Translations under genes and position numbers: made by a program
Notes under the pieces: generated by a model
What the model was told of the DNA's origin: nothing
Database searches by the model: none
Seen by the model: only the letters and a program-made list of their open reading frames with translations
NCBI GenBank assembly: GCA_038247415.1
Contig: JBBRUX010000017.1
Location: 8,910 to 72,909 of the forward strand
From: Chitinivibrionales bacterium
Lineage (GTDB): Bacteria > Fibrobacterota > Chitinivibrionia > Chitinivibrionales > WJKA01
Reading direction: 5' to 3'
DNA length: 64,000 nt
In this document: positions 40,333 through 50,877 of the stretch, in pieces
How positions within the stretch are numbered: the first letter of the stretch is position 1
Layout: every line of letters begins with the position of its first letter

Positions 40333-40932
40333 TTAAGCACTGTGGGTACAATTTCGATGTGCTGTCAATAATCGTTGAACCATAGTAATCCCCGCAAGGA
40401 CCGACAACGCTGCCAAACCATACAGCATATATTGTTTTCCTATGAGGAGCAAAAGACACAACGCAATGATTCTTTCGGGGCGCTGCATGAAACCTTTATT
40501 ACAGGTAACACCCGCCCCTTCGCATCGGGCTTTGATATAGCTTACCATTACTGAAAGCGAAAGTGCAATAAAGGAGATGGTTACCCCATATACCTGAGTG
40601 GTTTGTGTTGTGCACAGCAGGTAATACCATATCAGGCCGCCAAACCAGGCAATCTCGGTTACCCGATCGCACACCGAATCTAAAATTGATCCAAATTTAG
40701 TTTTTTGATCGTATTCACGTGCGAGCACGCCATCAAGGCCATCAAAAAGAGACCCGATCACAACAAAGGCCATGCCAGTTTTCCATCGGCCTGTGGCGAT
40801 CCATGGTGCCGCTAGAATAGAAATCCCGGTCCCCACAAGCGTTACCCCATTGGGAGTTAAACCCATTGCATGGAGGATCTTTGCAACCGGCCGTAGAGTT
40901 GCATTATAGAGCGGCTTAAGATTTTCAATCAT
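40333..40932 (-). CDS. CDP-alcohol phosphatidyltransferase (PgsA/PIP synthase-like)
   Basis: [15 protein letters not shown]...[24 protein letters not shown]. Confidence 0.9.
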   Translation of the reverse strand: MIENLKPLYNATLRPVAKILHAMGLTPNGVTLVGTGISILAAPWIATGRWKTGMAFVVIGSLFDGLDGVLAREYDQKTKFGSILDSVCDRVTEIAWFGGLIWYYLLCTTQTTQVYGVTISFIALSLSVMVSYIKARCEGAGVTCNKGFMQRPERIIALCLLLLIGKQYMLYGLAALSVLAGITMVQRLLTAHRNCTHSA

Positions 40933-41017
40933 GATGGTATCTTTCTTTGACTTGGGTATTTCAAAAATATATATTACTAGACTGTGTTTATTTAGAATTT
41001 TCCTTCAGGAGGATATC

Positions 41018-41200
41018 ATGTCGAGAGTTTGTGAAATCTGCGGAAAACATCCCCAGACCGGTAATACCATCAGCCATGCACATAATGTTAACAAACGCAA
41101 GTTTAATCCAAACATTCGTAATGTTAAAACCAAGGTGAGCGGCAATACGGTAACTACTAAAGTTTGTATGAAGTGCCTAAAGGCAACAGCCGTTATTTAA
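41018..41200 (+). CDS. rpmB: 50S ribosomal protein L28
   Basis: [29 protein letters not shown]...[16 protein letters not shown]. Confidence 0.97.
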   Translation: MSRVCEICGKHPQTGNTISHAHNVNKRKFNPNIRNVKTKVSGNTVTTKVCMKCLKATAVI

Positions 41201-41232
41201 TAGATTGTTTCGCTTAAGAGCATTACAATTTT

Positions 41233-41264
41233 AAGGCGATCTTCCGAAGGGATGATCGCCTTTT
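41233..41264 (+). terminator. Intrinsic terminator after rpmB
   Basis: AAGGCGATC...GATCGCCTTTT. Confidence 0.8.
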
Positions 41265-41310
41265 GTATTATTCTCTCCCATGTATCTGTTGGCGCCCGGT
41301 ATTTGTAGTA

Positions 41311-42171
41311 TCAATGCATCCCAAAAAGTGCTAAAATGCTTCTTCTGGAAATATTTGCTTGTGCAATCATTGCAGTAATCGATTGACTGCGGATATCTGC
41401 AGAGGTGTAGGCGGTCATCTCCTCTGCATCGTTGATATCGCTTATCGAGGAATCGACGCTCTTGATATTTTGAACAATCGTGTCGAGAACATTAGCCTGT
41501 GACTGCATCGAATTGACATACCCGCTTGCTTTTGACATTACCCCTTGTCCCCAGCTGGTTGCAGTAGCAACGGCGGTTGTTGCGCCGGCGATATCGCGGG
41601 TACCTGCAGAACTGATATCTACCGCTTGAAGTGGGGTAATAATATCAGCCGTTGTCGCATAATATGTTCCTACCCCTTTTGTTATTCTCATGTCAATACT
41701 CATGGTGGCAGATGCGTCGGGGTTTAAGTTAAAGGATATTACTTCAGAACCATCTGTGGCAGGCTTTAAAAGAGCTTTTCCCTGAAACACCGTTGTGTTA
41801 ACAATGTTTTGAAGGGTTGTTACATGCTGCTGAAACTCTGAATTGTATGCATCTTGCAATGAGTGGTCGGTAGTCTGGTTTGAGAGATTGACAAGATCGT
41901 TCAACCTGCTTATTTCTTTATAAGCATCTCCCGATGCGGTGCTGGCAACCTCCAATCCGCCGCTCCACGTTGTTAAATTGGTCTTGATATTTGCATAATC
42001 TCTTTCTTGCGTTTTGTAATTGGCGCTTCGAATAAATCCTACGAGATCGTCGCTGGGGGATTGAAATTTTTTTCCTGTGGCAAGCCGTTGATACGATCCT
42101 GCGAGGGATTGATTGTTTTGTTGATAGAGCGATGAAAGCTTGTACATGGTAGCAGAAAATGATGAGATCAT
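41311..42171 (-). CDS. Divergent short flagellin
   Basis: QRLATGKKFQSPSDD N-domain; SISDINDAEEM...AMIAQAN...ILAL C-domain; sigma-28 promoter. Confidence 0.85.
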   Translation of the reverse strand: MISSFSATMYKLSSLYQQNNQSLAGSYQRLATGKKFQSPSDDLVGFIRSANYKTQERDYANIKTNLTTWSGGLEVASTASGDAYKEISRLNDLVNLSNQTTDHSLQDAYNSEFQQHVTTLQNIVNTTVFQGKALLKPATDGSEVISFNLNPDASATMSIDMRITKGVGTYYATTADIITPLQAVDISSAGTRDIAGATTAVATATSWGQGVMSKASGYVNSMQSQANVLDTIVQNIKSVDSSISDINDAEEMTAYTSADIRSQSITAMIAQANISRRSILALFGMH

Positions 42172-42303
42172 AAGACACCTCCCTTGTTAATAGCTTCTGG
42201 GCATTGATACACCCGCTTCCCCTCGTGTGCGTCAATGGGAGCCTATGCATATGGTGATATGCAGTAATACCATGATAATTATGGTATAATAGCTCCAATT
42301 TTA

Positions 42304-42330
42304 GTATCGGCATTTTTCTAAGAAACTTTA
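42304..42330 (-). promoter_or_regulatory. Sigma-28 promoter of flagellin
   Basis: TAAAGTTT-N11-GCCGATAC, near-consensus FliA promoter. Confidence 0.85.
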
Positions 42331-42379
42331 ATTTTTTTTAATTTAAAACAGAGTGCTTATAATGCAGGGGGCAAAGGCG

Positions 42380-43141
42380 CTAGATTTTTCCGAGGGATGC
42401 GTCGGGTACCCAGCCACTAACGCCATTTTCCAGGCTTACCAGAGACCAATTATCGAGGCTTTGACGAATGCGAAATTTGGTGCCCTCATGCGCAGAAAAG
42501 AGTACAATGGTTCCGCTCGGCTGATTTTTGGCATCAACCGTTGGAGCAAGAACTATTGCTTCGTGGATGGTTTCGGAAGAATAAAGCTTAGCTCCTGCAG
42601 ATATTCCTATAGGTAGAATAAGAAATCCTAGAATCGCTATACCATATATAAACCAGAGGCGCATGTGTCTGCCTGCAAAAAGAAGCATGCTCGCAAACGC
42701 TAAAACCAAAGTCCAGAGAATAAGCAGCACCCAAAGCTCTCTGTTGAGTGGCAGTAGGTTATGGGCTCTGGAGAGGATTGCTGCCAGAAATCCTTGTGGC
42801 GCCATAACAATGGCATCGATTTGCCGAGATTTGAGAAATGTTACATTTGCTTTGATGTCGGGGTCGGAAGGTGAAAAGGTCATTGCCTTTTCGTAGGAGA
42901 GCCGAGCCATACCAATGTTATTGGCCCGGAAATAAGCATTGCCGAGATTGTAATAGATATCGCCATTTTCTGTTCCCGTTTCAATAACCCCACGATAGCA
43001 CGAAATTGCGCTATCAAAAGAACCTTGTTCATAAAAACGTGCTGCTTTCTGCATTGCAAAATTGGCTGAACTTGCAGATGTCTGCGCAGTTCCTATAAGC
43101 ATACAACTAAAAATAAGATGAGCAATCGTTACTAATTTCAT
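42380..43141 (-). CDS. batE: BatE (TPR + TM + SH3-like)
   Basis: YYNLGNAYFR..IG.A.LSYEKA; HEGTK...W......G.SGWV. Confidence 0.85.
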   Translation of the reverse strand: MKLVTIAHLIFSCMLIGTAQTSASSANFAMQKAARFYEQGSFDSAISCYRGVIETGTENGDIYYNLGNAYFRANNIGMARLSYEKAMTFSPSDPDIKANVTFLKSRQIDAIVMAPQGFLAAILSRAHNLLPLNRELWVLLILWTLVLAFASMLLFAGRHMRLWFIYGIAILGFLILPIGISAGAKLYSSETIHEAIVLAPTVDAKNQPSGTIVLFSAHEGTKFRIRQSLDNWSLVSLENGVSGWVPDASLGKI

Positions 43142-44952
43142 GATTTTTTCGCCTTGCGCGCAGCTTGCTCGAGCGTGAGAAGAAGGTTTTTGGCTAAGAC
43201 TATTATTTCACTTTGTGCGGTTTCTGTAAGAATTTCTCCCCCGAAACGGTAGCAATCTGTCTTGTTAAAAAAAGTGGTAAGCATATGCGATGCATTCGTT
43301 TGAAGACCGTGCTGGATAAGGGATTCAACCAATTCATCCTGTGTTTTGCCCAGAGCTACAAAGCTAAATGTATTGGTTATGTATTCTTCGAGTAAAGCTG
43401 CTAGAAATCCTAAGAATACCAGATTGTCGTGGGACGGATTTTTGGTTTTTAAATGGGCATCAAGTTTTTTATTGGCAATAACAAAAGCTTTACGCTTGAG
43501 CAATTTTGTTGGATCGGCGGCGTGTGATTGTTTCTGGATTTTATACACAAGGGCTGCAAAAAAGCCAAAGAGAGGAAAGGGGAATAAAAACCATACGATA
43601 AGCGGCGGACGATTAGATTGAGGTCGAGATGAGCCAGGACTCTTGATATAGCGTATATCTCGCCCGCGTTCTAAAATTTCCGATTGATTACGGGATGCAT
43701 AGGCAGGCTCTATCCGTTTAGCTCCGCTTCCCTTGGTAACCATGAGATTGAGCGAATCGGTGCCGATGGTTTTATATACCCCAAGGGTTGGATTGAAGTA
43801 GGTGAAGGTAAGTGGAGGGATAGTTAGTAGACCCTCTACCGAGGGAATAAGCAGATATTTAGAACTACGATGCGAAACTAGCCCATTGGCAGTAGTGTCG
43901 ACGCCGTTTTGCTTTTCGGGTGGAAAAACTTCACAATTGGCAATTGAGGGGAATTTAAGGTCGTCGATATTGCCAAGTCTGGTATTTCCTTTAAGCGCTA
44001 CTTTGATGGTGGCAGCATCTCCCTGAGCAACGGTTTTTGGGTCGATACTTGCATTCAACGTAAAGTCTCCTACGGCGCCATTAAAGTTGGCTGGTTGCGT
44101 GGGGAGTGCTTTAAGCGTTAGTGTAAGTGTATTTGATAAAGCAGATTTTGGGATCTGTTGCACACTACCTCCAAAAAAGTCATCGAAAAAAGGATCGCGC
44201 GAGCGCGATGCAACTCTTTGCTGCAAAACATACTCAAAAGGAATTGGTCCGATTGTGCTTGATCCAGGTTTAAGCGGGAAGAGGGCATAGCGAACTGCAA
44301 AAATGTGGTACATTTCGCCATCGATTCGTTCGGGCGCATCTTTGGGGATCTGGGAGAAGAGCCTGCTTACCGAAAAATCTGCCGCAAGTGATTTTTCGAG
44401 TTTGTCAAAACAGGGCATGAAATTGTCAATAGAAAGTGGTATGGGGGCACCATTTTTAAGTGCTACAGAAAAAGTGAAAATGAGTTGTTCTCCAACATAG
44501 ACGTCTTTACGAGGAACGCTCATACGAATGCGAACATCAGAATTTGCAATGGGTTCTTTAGTAACGGTTATGAGTACTGGTTGCGTTGAATGGGTAGTCC
44601 CATCGAGGGTAAATGAAAGTGCTGGGAAAGTAAATTGACCAGTTTTTTTTGGGGCTATATAATAGTAAATCATGTAATTAATCTGATTAATTTGGGTCAT
44701 TTGGCCATTGATAATAGAAATAGAAGAGTTTTGAGATTGATTCTGGTTTGTACGCATTACCGTAAATAAATCCGTTGGTGGAATTTCGGGGATTGGTACC
44801 TTTAATTGTTTGTTACTTTGGATACGTATCGTAATGAGGGCTTGTTCCCCCATGGTAATCACTGTGCGCTCTGCAGATGCGGATATCTCAGTTTCTCCAT
44901 AGGAAATGGTAGCTAACACTAAAAGCATAAGGGAGAAAGTACGAAGTCGCAT
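43138..44952 (-). CDS. batD: BatD
   Basis: True start ATG 44952 (MRLRTF..); SSISIING, VYVGEQ, DPFFDDFFG, GAVGDF, FTYFNP. Confidence 0.85.
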   Translation of the reverse strand: MRLRTFSLMLLVLATISYGETEISASAERTVITMGEQALITIRIQSNKQLKVPIPEIPPTDLFTVMRTNQNQSQNSSISIINGQMTQINQINYMIYYYIAPKKTGQFTFPALSFTLDGTTHSTQPVLITVTKEPIANSDVRIRMSVPRKDVYVGEQLIFTFSVALKNGAPIPLSIDNFMPCFDKLEKSLAADFSVSRLFSQIPKDAPERIDGEMYHIFAVRYALFPLKPGSSTIGPIPFEYVLQQRVASRSRDPFFDDFFGGSVQQIPKSALSNTLTLTLKALPTQPANFNGAVGDFTLNASIDPKTVAQGDAATIKVALKGNTRLGNIDDLKFPSIANCEVFPPEKQNGVDTTANGLVSHRSSKYLLIPSVEGLLTIPPLTFTYFNPTLGVYKTIGTDSLNLMVTKGSGAKRIEPAYASRNQSEILERGRDIRYIKSPGSSRPQSNRPPLIVWFLFPFPLFGFFAALVYKIQKQSHAADPTKLLKRKAFVIANKKLDAHLKTKNPSHDNLVFLGFLAALLEEYITNTFSFVALGKTQDELVESLIQHGLQTNASHMLTTFFNKTDCYRFGGEILTETAQSEIIVLAKNLLLTLEQAARKAKKS

Positions 44953-44956
44953 CGAG

Positions 44957-45841
44957 CTACCAATCCTTTTCTGGAGTGCCACTCTGCGAAGCTTTAAGCT
45001 TTTGCTGCGGTTTATTAAGTTTGTCTTGATCGTCTGCAAATTGTTCGATGAGTCTTTTGGCCTCTTCTTTTTGTTTTTCTTGTGCTGGGTCAAGCTTGGA
45101 TTGAGGCATTTGTTGCGATTGAGGATTTTTCTGATCCTGCTGATTTTGCTTATCGTCTTGTGGTTTGTTCTGATCCTGATTTTTTTGGTCGTCTTGCTTA
45201 TTTTGATCTTGATTAGGTTTATTCTGATCTTTGTTTTGATCCTTATTGTTTTTATCAGATTGATTCTGATCTTTATTTTGATCTTTCTGATCCTCGTTCT
45301 GGTCTTTTTTGTCATCTTTCTTTTGATCTTGCTTCTTCTGTTCCATGTTTTTAATTTGTTGTTGAGTCAATTGCACATTCCACTTGGCATCACGATCAGA
45401 GGGCGAGGCATCCAGAGCTGTTATGTATTTGTCAAGGGCTTGTTTAAAAGTTTCCTGAGCTTTAGAAGGGTCGTCCTGCGATTGTTCTTGAGCCTGTCGG
45501 AACAGTGTGTTTGCTTGGTTATAAGCTGCAGAGCCTTTAAGTTTGCCTTTTGCATTTTTTTGTGCAGCTTCAAAAGATTCCGAGGCTTTATCAAACTGCC
45601 CAAGTTTATAATGGGCGGATCCTTTGTTGAAAAGTAAAGCAGGATCGGATGGTGTTTGAAGAAGTGCTTCGTCGTAAAGTTTGAGCGCATTCGCATAATC
45701 GCCAGATTTCATAAGCGTATGAGCTTTTTCGTTGGTTGACCAGGTCTGATCGGCAAACGATAGCACTAGTGCACCGCTTACAAACAATATACAAATCGTT
45801 CTGTAAAGCTTAAAAAAGGCTGTATGTAGGCGTGCGGTCAT
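44957..45841 (-). CDS. batC: BatC (TPR with Q/K/D/N low-complexity tail)
   Basis: FNKGSAHYK, YNQANTLF, DAKWN, C-terminal EKDW. Confidence 0.85.
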   Translation of the reverse strand: MTARLHTAFFKLYRTICILFVSGALVLSFADQTWSTNEKAHTLMKSGDYANALKLYDEALLQTPSDPALLFNKGSAHYKLGQFDKASESFEAAQKNAKGKLKGSAAYNQANTLFRQAQEQSQDDPSKAQETFKQALDKYITALDASPSDRDAKWNVQLTQQQIKNMEQKKQDQKKDDKKDQNEDQKDQNKDQNQSDKNNKDQNKDQNKPNQDQNKQDDQKNQDQNKPQDDKQNQQDQKNPQSQQMPQSKLDPAQEKQKEEAKRLIEQFADDQDKLNKPQQKLKASQSGTPEKDW

Positions 45842-45842
45842 G

Positions 45843-46847
45843 TTACAACTTCCTGGCCCAAAAAGTATGCGCTACAAAAAATTCGGCAATAAGGAGGATC
45901 ATAGCGATGAACAAGAAAACCTGATATTGTTCTTCGAATGTGCTCATTGCATTGATGCCTAAATCCTTTTTTTCCATTTTCATGATTTCTGAATAGATAA
46001 GGGCGAGATCCAGATCTGTACCTGCATGAAAATAACGGCCATTACCAATGCGAGCTAAATCTTCTAGAATCTCAGGGTTGAGCTTAGAAAGAACAAGGTT
46101 CCCCGCATTATCTTTTTTGTAAATAACTGAGCCATTCCCCTTTTGTTCTGGTAGAGGAACGCCAGCGAGCGTACCAATACCAATGGTATATATTTTTGTC
46201 CCGTTTGCGGAAGCTTCTTTTGCGGCAGCAAGGGGATCGCCATCATGGTCTTCTCCATCGGAGATTATGATAAGCACTTTGTGTTTTTTTGTGGTGCTTG
46301 CAAAAGCTTTTTCAGATACATCGATAGCTGTTGCCAGTGCAGTTCCTGGAATGGGAATCCAATCGGGGGTAACCGCATCAAGAAACATTTTTGCTGCCCC
46401 GTAATCGAGTGTTAGTGGACATTGTACAAATGCATCACCTGCAAAAATCGTAAGACCTATGCGATCACCTTTTAATAGATCAAAAAATTTTGTTGTTTCG
46501 TAGCGTGCGCGTTCGAGACGGTTGGGCTTGATATCTTCTGCCAGCATGCTTTTTGAGATGTCGAGGCACACCATGATATCGATGCCTTTGCGCTCGAACA
46601 TCTCCATTTTAAGGCCAAATCGTGGACGGGCCAGGGCGATAATTGCAAAGAGAATAAAAAGAAGAATAAGCGTCCATGAAATAATACGTCGTGTTGTCAA
46701 AGAAATAGTAGTGAGTTTTGACAAAAGGTTTGCGTGCGCAAACCCCTGATGCGATCGGGATAACCTTTGGTAAATGTAAATAAAGTACCCAATCCCCAAG
46801 GGGAGTAAGAGCAGTAACCAGAGAAGATGTTGTGATCCAAAATTCAT
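45843..46847 (-). CDS. batB: BatB vWA protein
   Basis: ALARP.FG, DISKSMLAEDIKPNRL, PLTLDY, SDGEDH. Confidence 0.9.
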   Translation of the reverse strand: MNFGSQHLLWLLLLLPLGIGYFIYIYQRLSRSHQGFAHANLLSKLTTISLTTRRIISWTLILLFILFAIIALARPRFGLKMEMFERKGIDIMVCLDISKSMLAEDIKPNRLERARYETTKFFDLLKGDRIGLTIFAGDAFVQCPLTLDYGAAKMFLDAVTPDWIPIPGTALATAIDVSEKAFASTTKKHKVLIIISDGEDHDGDPLAAAKEASANGTKIYTIGIGTLAGVPLPEQKGNGSVIYKKDNAGNLVLSKLNPEILEDLARIGNGRYFHAGTDLDLALIYSEIMKMEKKDLGINAMSTFEEQYQVFLFIAMILLIAEFFVAHTFWARKL

Positions 46848-46874
46848 ACTGTGCCAGTTTAAGTTGTTGGTTTA

Positions 46875-47882
46875 CTAAGGAATTCTTCTGAAAACTGATG
46901 TGCCCAGAATAATTTCTACAAACAATAGTGCTATACCTGCAAACAACCATACATAAAAGCGGTCTGAATACGTTGTATAGGATTTAGTTTTAATGACTGT
47001 TTTTTCGAGCTTGTCGATTGTGCTAAAAATTTCTTTGAGCGTTTCGGTATTTTGTGCTCTAAAAAAACGTCCTTTTGTTACCTGGGCTATATCTGCCAGA
47101 AGCGGTTCGTCGATATCAGATTGCATCATCTGAATTTGAGTTCCCACAACCTGCCCTGTAAATTGGTTGATCATTTCCATAGGGTAGGGGACTTGGCCTT
47201 CTTTACCAATGCCAATGGTGTAAATGCGTATCCCCAATTCTCCGGTAGCTTTCGCCGCTGCAAGGGGGGCAATATCACCAAAGTTATTTGCTCCATCGGT
47301 AAGCAGAATAATAATCTTGCTTTTTGCGCGTGAATCTTTGATGCGATTTGCGGCAGTTGCAATGGCAGTACCAATTGCCGTAGCATCGCCAAAATCTTCG
47401 AAATCTGTCTTTTCGATAAAGTCACTCAAGATGCCATAGTCGAGTGTGAGTGGGCATTTGGTATAGGCGCGTTTTGCGTAAATGACAAGTCCAATACGAT
47501 CGTGGTTTCTCTTTTTGACAAATTCCTTGAGCGTTTCTTTTGCCACAAAGAGCCTGTTTTTTGGCTGGAAATCGAGGGCTTTCATGGAGAATGATACGTC
47601 GGCAAGAAGCATTATATCAACGCCTTCGGTAGACACTTCGTCTTCCGATTGCCCAAATTGTGGCCGGGCAAGTGCAATGGCAAGGAGAATGATGCCTATT
47701 ATTCGTAGTGTGAAGAGACTGTGACGAAAACGAACCCTCCACGAAGGAGTAATTTTTTTAAATGGCGAAAGGTCGGAAAATATGAGTGCTGGTCGTGTTT
47801 TTGTGAGTGATCGGAGATACATCCACACCATGGGGACAATAACAATTAATAATAATAGGGCGTAGGGATCTTTTAATCTCAT
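46875..47882 (-). CDS. batA: BatA vWA protein
   Basis: ALARPQ, DVSFSM.A.DFQPKNRL, TAIG, LTDGANN.G.I.P, IDKLEKT, FRRIP. Confidence 0.9.
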   Translation of the reverse strand: MRLKDPYALLLLIVIVPMVWMYLRSLTKTRPALIFSDLSPFKKITPSWRVRFRHSLFTLRIIGIILLAIALARPQFGQSEDEVSTEGVDIMLLADVSFSMKALDFQPKNRLFVAKETLKEFVKKRNHDRIGLVIYAKRAYTKCPLTLDYGILSDFIEKTDFEDFGDATAIGTAIATAANRIKDSRAKSKIIILLTDGANNFGDIAPLAAAKATGELGIRIYTIGIGKEGQVPYPMEMINQFTGQVVGTQIQMMQSDIDEPLLADIAQVTKGRFFRAQNTETLKEIFSTIDKLEKTVIKTKSYTTYSDRFYVWLFAGIALLFVEIILGTSVFRRIP

Positions 47883-48925
47883 GGTTCTTTACCAATCCCC
47901 GGTGATGCACCTGTGCTAGGAGCCGAAGATGCTGCGGCTCCTTTGTTTTGAGCTGCTGCGATAGGCGAGGGTCGCGTTGCATCAAAAAAAGCTCGGGCGT
48001 CACCAGAAAACCGTGTGAGTATTTCCATTGCGGGTATACTACGAGCAAACTTGACTGGATCGGTAGTTTTAAAAAACCATGAAAGGCGATTTTTTTCATC
48101 GGCAGGCAGTGGTGCAATTTCAATCCAACAAAGCATCTCTTCGGTAGTGTATTCTGAGGCGGGAATAGAAAAAGATCGTTCTATATACCGCTTGATAATA
48201 TCGGAAACTGCAAATGTATATTCACGAATGAGCCCAATGCTAAGAAATCCCTTCGAGAGGAGTGTTTCTAATGCCAGAATCGCTTCTTCGTAGGGGGGAA
48301 GCAGCGCTGCTGCGGCGTTAACCATCTCGATTTTTTTCTTGCGCCTTGACCATAGAAAAAGAATTGCTGCAACACCAATGAAACCGCAGGTTATCCAGAG
48401 CCACCACAAAGGTGCTTTGCCGGCAGACTGCAAGGGCTTTAAATCTTTGATATCAACCGTATCGCCTGTTACTACCGAAGAAACTCGAATGGGGTATGCT
48501 TGTGAAAGGAGTGTATCGGTTGTTGCTTGTTTTGTTTGCAAAAAAGTGAGCGCCGGAATAGTGCATGGTTCTACAGTATACAGCGTTAAAACATAGGTGT
48601 AGGTGAGGCTATCGGCATTTTTTAAACTCGTTTTTGTGGTGGACAAATCTTTGAGAGTAAATTTACCAATGCTTTTTTGAATGTCTGGCGGCGTAATGGT
48701 CGCATCTTGAGGAGCCAAAATAGAAATAGTGAGCGTTATTCGATCCCCTACAGTCATAGTGTCTGGATTGACGCTCGTATATACAATTGTTCCGAATGCA
48801 AATGCAGCCCCCATCAAGAGAATTCCAATAGTTCTGCAAGCAGTTCTGTTGATGTTACTACTCGTTTGGGGAGCTTGGTTACTCATGCACATGGTTGCAT
48901 TCTTGGCAGAAACAGGGTTATCCAT
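47879..48925 (-). CDS. Bat-operon membrane protein (Ig-like domain + TM + PYEEA..L tail)
   Basis: VGDRI, DIKDLKP, TM, PPYEEA..AL, EYTTEE, D.VKFA; start codon uncertain. Confidence 0.75.
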   Translation of the reverse strand: MDNPVSAKNATMCMSNQAPQTSSNINRTACRTIGILLMGAAFAFGTIVYTSVNPDTMTVGDRITLTISILAPQDATITPPDIQKSIGKFTLKDLSTTKTSLKNADSLTYTYVLTLYTVEPCTIPALTFLQTKQATTDTLLSQAYPIRVSSVVTGDTVDIKDLKPLQSAGKAPLWWLWITCGFIGVAAILFLWSRRKKKIEMVNAAAALLPPYEEAILALETLLSKGFLSIGLIREYTFAVSDIIKRYIERSFSIPASEYTTEEMLCWIEIAPLPADEKNRLSWFFKTTDPVKFARSIPAMEILTRFSGDARAFFDATRPSPIAAAQNKGAAASSAPSTGASPGIGKEP

Positions 48926-49143
48926 CCGGCGTCCTTTATCATCAGCAAGGAGCTTATATTTGTATAATGCTAAACTTATCGAAATTTACTACGCATCTGG
49001 TATAAAAATATTGTTTTTTTCAGATTCAGACACTGTACTGTGTAGCTTAAAATTTGATAAAATATAATTTCAGGTTAATATCTGTGTTGGCTTTATGCGG
49101 GTGATATTTCCTTCAAGGGCACACCATTGCGTATTTTAGAACT

Positions 49144-49623
49144 ATGGTGCGCCTCAATTTTTCATGGGTAATTCCTCATATGCTGGCGGGGTCTGCTGTT
49201 CCAGGAGGATTTGAATCTTCCGACGAACAAATGGTTCGCATCGATTTGAATTTTTTTAAATCTGAGGGTATCCATACTTTGGTCTCATTGCAGGAAATGG
49301 ATCCTCTGTGGGGGGCATGGTGCGCCGCTGCTGGCATTCGATGGATACATTATCCCATCCCCGATTTTTCGACCCCATCCGATATCGCAACATTCGATAC
49401 GCTGGTTCGTAGTCTCATAGAATCTCTTAACAATAAAGAACCAGTATGTGTTCATTGTCGCGCAGGAATTGGTAGAACCGGGATGCTACTTTCATGCATC
49501 ATGGGAAAATTCCTGCTGCTTTCTCCTAAGGCTGCTATTGCAGCAGTTCGCGCAACACGCATGGCTCTTGATACCCCTTTGCAAGAAAAATTTGTAGGGG
49601 AGTATCTTCGTGATCAATCTTGA
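49144..49623 (+). CDS. Dual-specificity/cysteine protein phosphatase
   Basis: FSWV, PIPDF, VHCRAGIGRTG (CX5R). Confidence 0.9.
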   Translation: MVRLNFSWVIPHMLAGSAVPGGFESSDEQMVRIDLNFFKSEGIHTLVSLQEMDPLWGAWCAAAGIRWIHYPIPDFSTPSDIATFDTLVRSLIESLNNKEPVCVHCRAGIGRTGMLLSCIMGKFLLLSPKAAIAAVRATRMALDTPLQEKFVGEYLRDQS

Positions 49624-49638
49624 AAATAGGATAATGCT

Positions 49639-50805
49639 ATGACAACCGTTTTTGATATTCAAAAATTTTTAATTGCAGACGAAGAAAAACTGAGCAGGTT
49701 TGCACGAAAAAGCTCCGAATCGTTAGGACGTAAATTTCCGATACGCAAAGACCCTTTTAGGCTCGAATTTGCCCGCGATGAGACGAGAATTCTTCATTCA
49801 CCCCCCTTTAGACGGCTTAAGCACAAAACTCAGGTATTTCTTTCTCCCAATAACGATCATATTTGCACACGCATGGAGCATGTTCTTCATGTGTCAAGTA
49901 TTGCAGCCGTAATTGGCAGATGCCTTCACCTCAATATCGATCTTATTAATGCCATTGCAAAAGGACACGATCTTGGGCATCCTCCCTTTGGGCATGCAGG
50001 AGAGCGAAAGCTCGATTTAATTGTAAAAAAAGAGGGCGTTCCCGAAGGCTTCAAACACGAAATGCATGGACTGCGGGTCGTTGACAAACTCACAAATTTT
50101 GGCGATGGACTTAATTTAACCTACGAAGTTCGCGATGGCATTATTACCCACTGTGGCGAGAAGTTTGAGCAATCTATTGTTCCCGATCGGCTCAGAGATC
50201 TATCCGAGCTTGAAACCATTGTCGATAGAACGTGGTATCCTGCAACGCTTGAAGGATGTCTTGTTCGCATGGTCGATAGAATTGCTTATTTGGGCAGAGA
50301 TCTCGAAGATGGCATTAAAGCTGGATTTATAAAAAAAGTAAATATTCCCTCAAGTGTTGCCAAGGGGCTTGGAACCGAAAATGGCCATATTATTGGGCGT
50401 TTTGTAAACGATACTATTGCACATAGTCTCGATGCTGACGCTATTTCAATGGGCGACGATATTTTTGAATTAATGCGGATTTTAAAAGATTTTAACTATC
50501 AATACATTTATACTAATCCCGAAGTTACCCAAAAGACCCTTAAATCAGATCGATTGTTAGAACTGATGTTTTACGAGCTTAAAGAGATTTACGAAAAATC
50601 TGAACAAGGGCGCAATGTTTCTTTTGTGGCAAACCTTATTCGCGAAGCTCCCTCTATGCAGATATTTTTTGATTTTGCAAAAAATTCAAACTATACCGAA
50701 TGTACTGGTGTGTGGAGGATTATAACCGATTATATTGCGGGAATGACCGATCTTTTTGCACAAAGAACCGGGGCCGAACTTTTTCTCCCTACCCCTGTTG
50801 TCTAA
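49639..50805 (+). CDS. dGTP triphosphohydrolase-like HD protein
   Basis: FRRLKHKTQVF, TRMEH, HDLGHPPFGHAGE, GLNLTYEVRDGI, DYIAGMTD. Confidence 0.9.
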   Translation: MTTVFDIQKFLIADEEKLSRFARKSSESLGRKFPIRKDPFRLEFARDETRILHSPPFRRLKHKTQVFLSPNNDHICTRMEHVLHVSSIAAVIGRCLHLNIDLINAIAKGHDLGHPPFGHAGERKLDLIVKKEGVPEGFKHEMHGLRVVDKLTNFGDGLNLTYEVRDGIITHCGEKFEQSIVPDRLRDLSELETIVDRTWYPATLEGCLVRMVDRIAYLGRDLEDGIKAGFIKKVNIPSSVAKGLGTENGHIIGRFVNDTIAHSLDADAISMGDDIFELMRILKDFNYQYIYTNPEVTQKTLKSDRLLELMFYELKEIYEKSEQGRNVSFVANLIREAPSMQIFFDFAKNSNYTECTGVWRIITDYIAGMTDLFAQRTGAELFLPTPVV

Positions 50806-50877
50806 ATCGTATTTTGTATACACGCTGATGTTCATAGTCTGAAAAACCTTCATTTGTTAGCTTGAATAAGAGGTTTT

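Noticed and set aside
45120..45345. Short tandem repeats (GATCAAAATAAA-like on the minus strand)
   Set aside because: Coding low-complexity region typical of BatC, not a CRISPR or regulatory array
44906..45637. 243-aa highly hydrophobic plus-strand ORF, and the K/I/R-rich N-terminal extension of the 43138-45315 ORF
   Set aside because: Antisense and off-frame shadows of the low-complexity Q/K/D/N tail of batC; batD most likely starts at 44952
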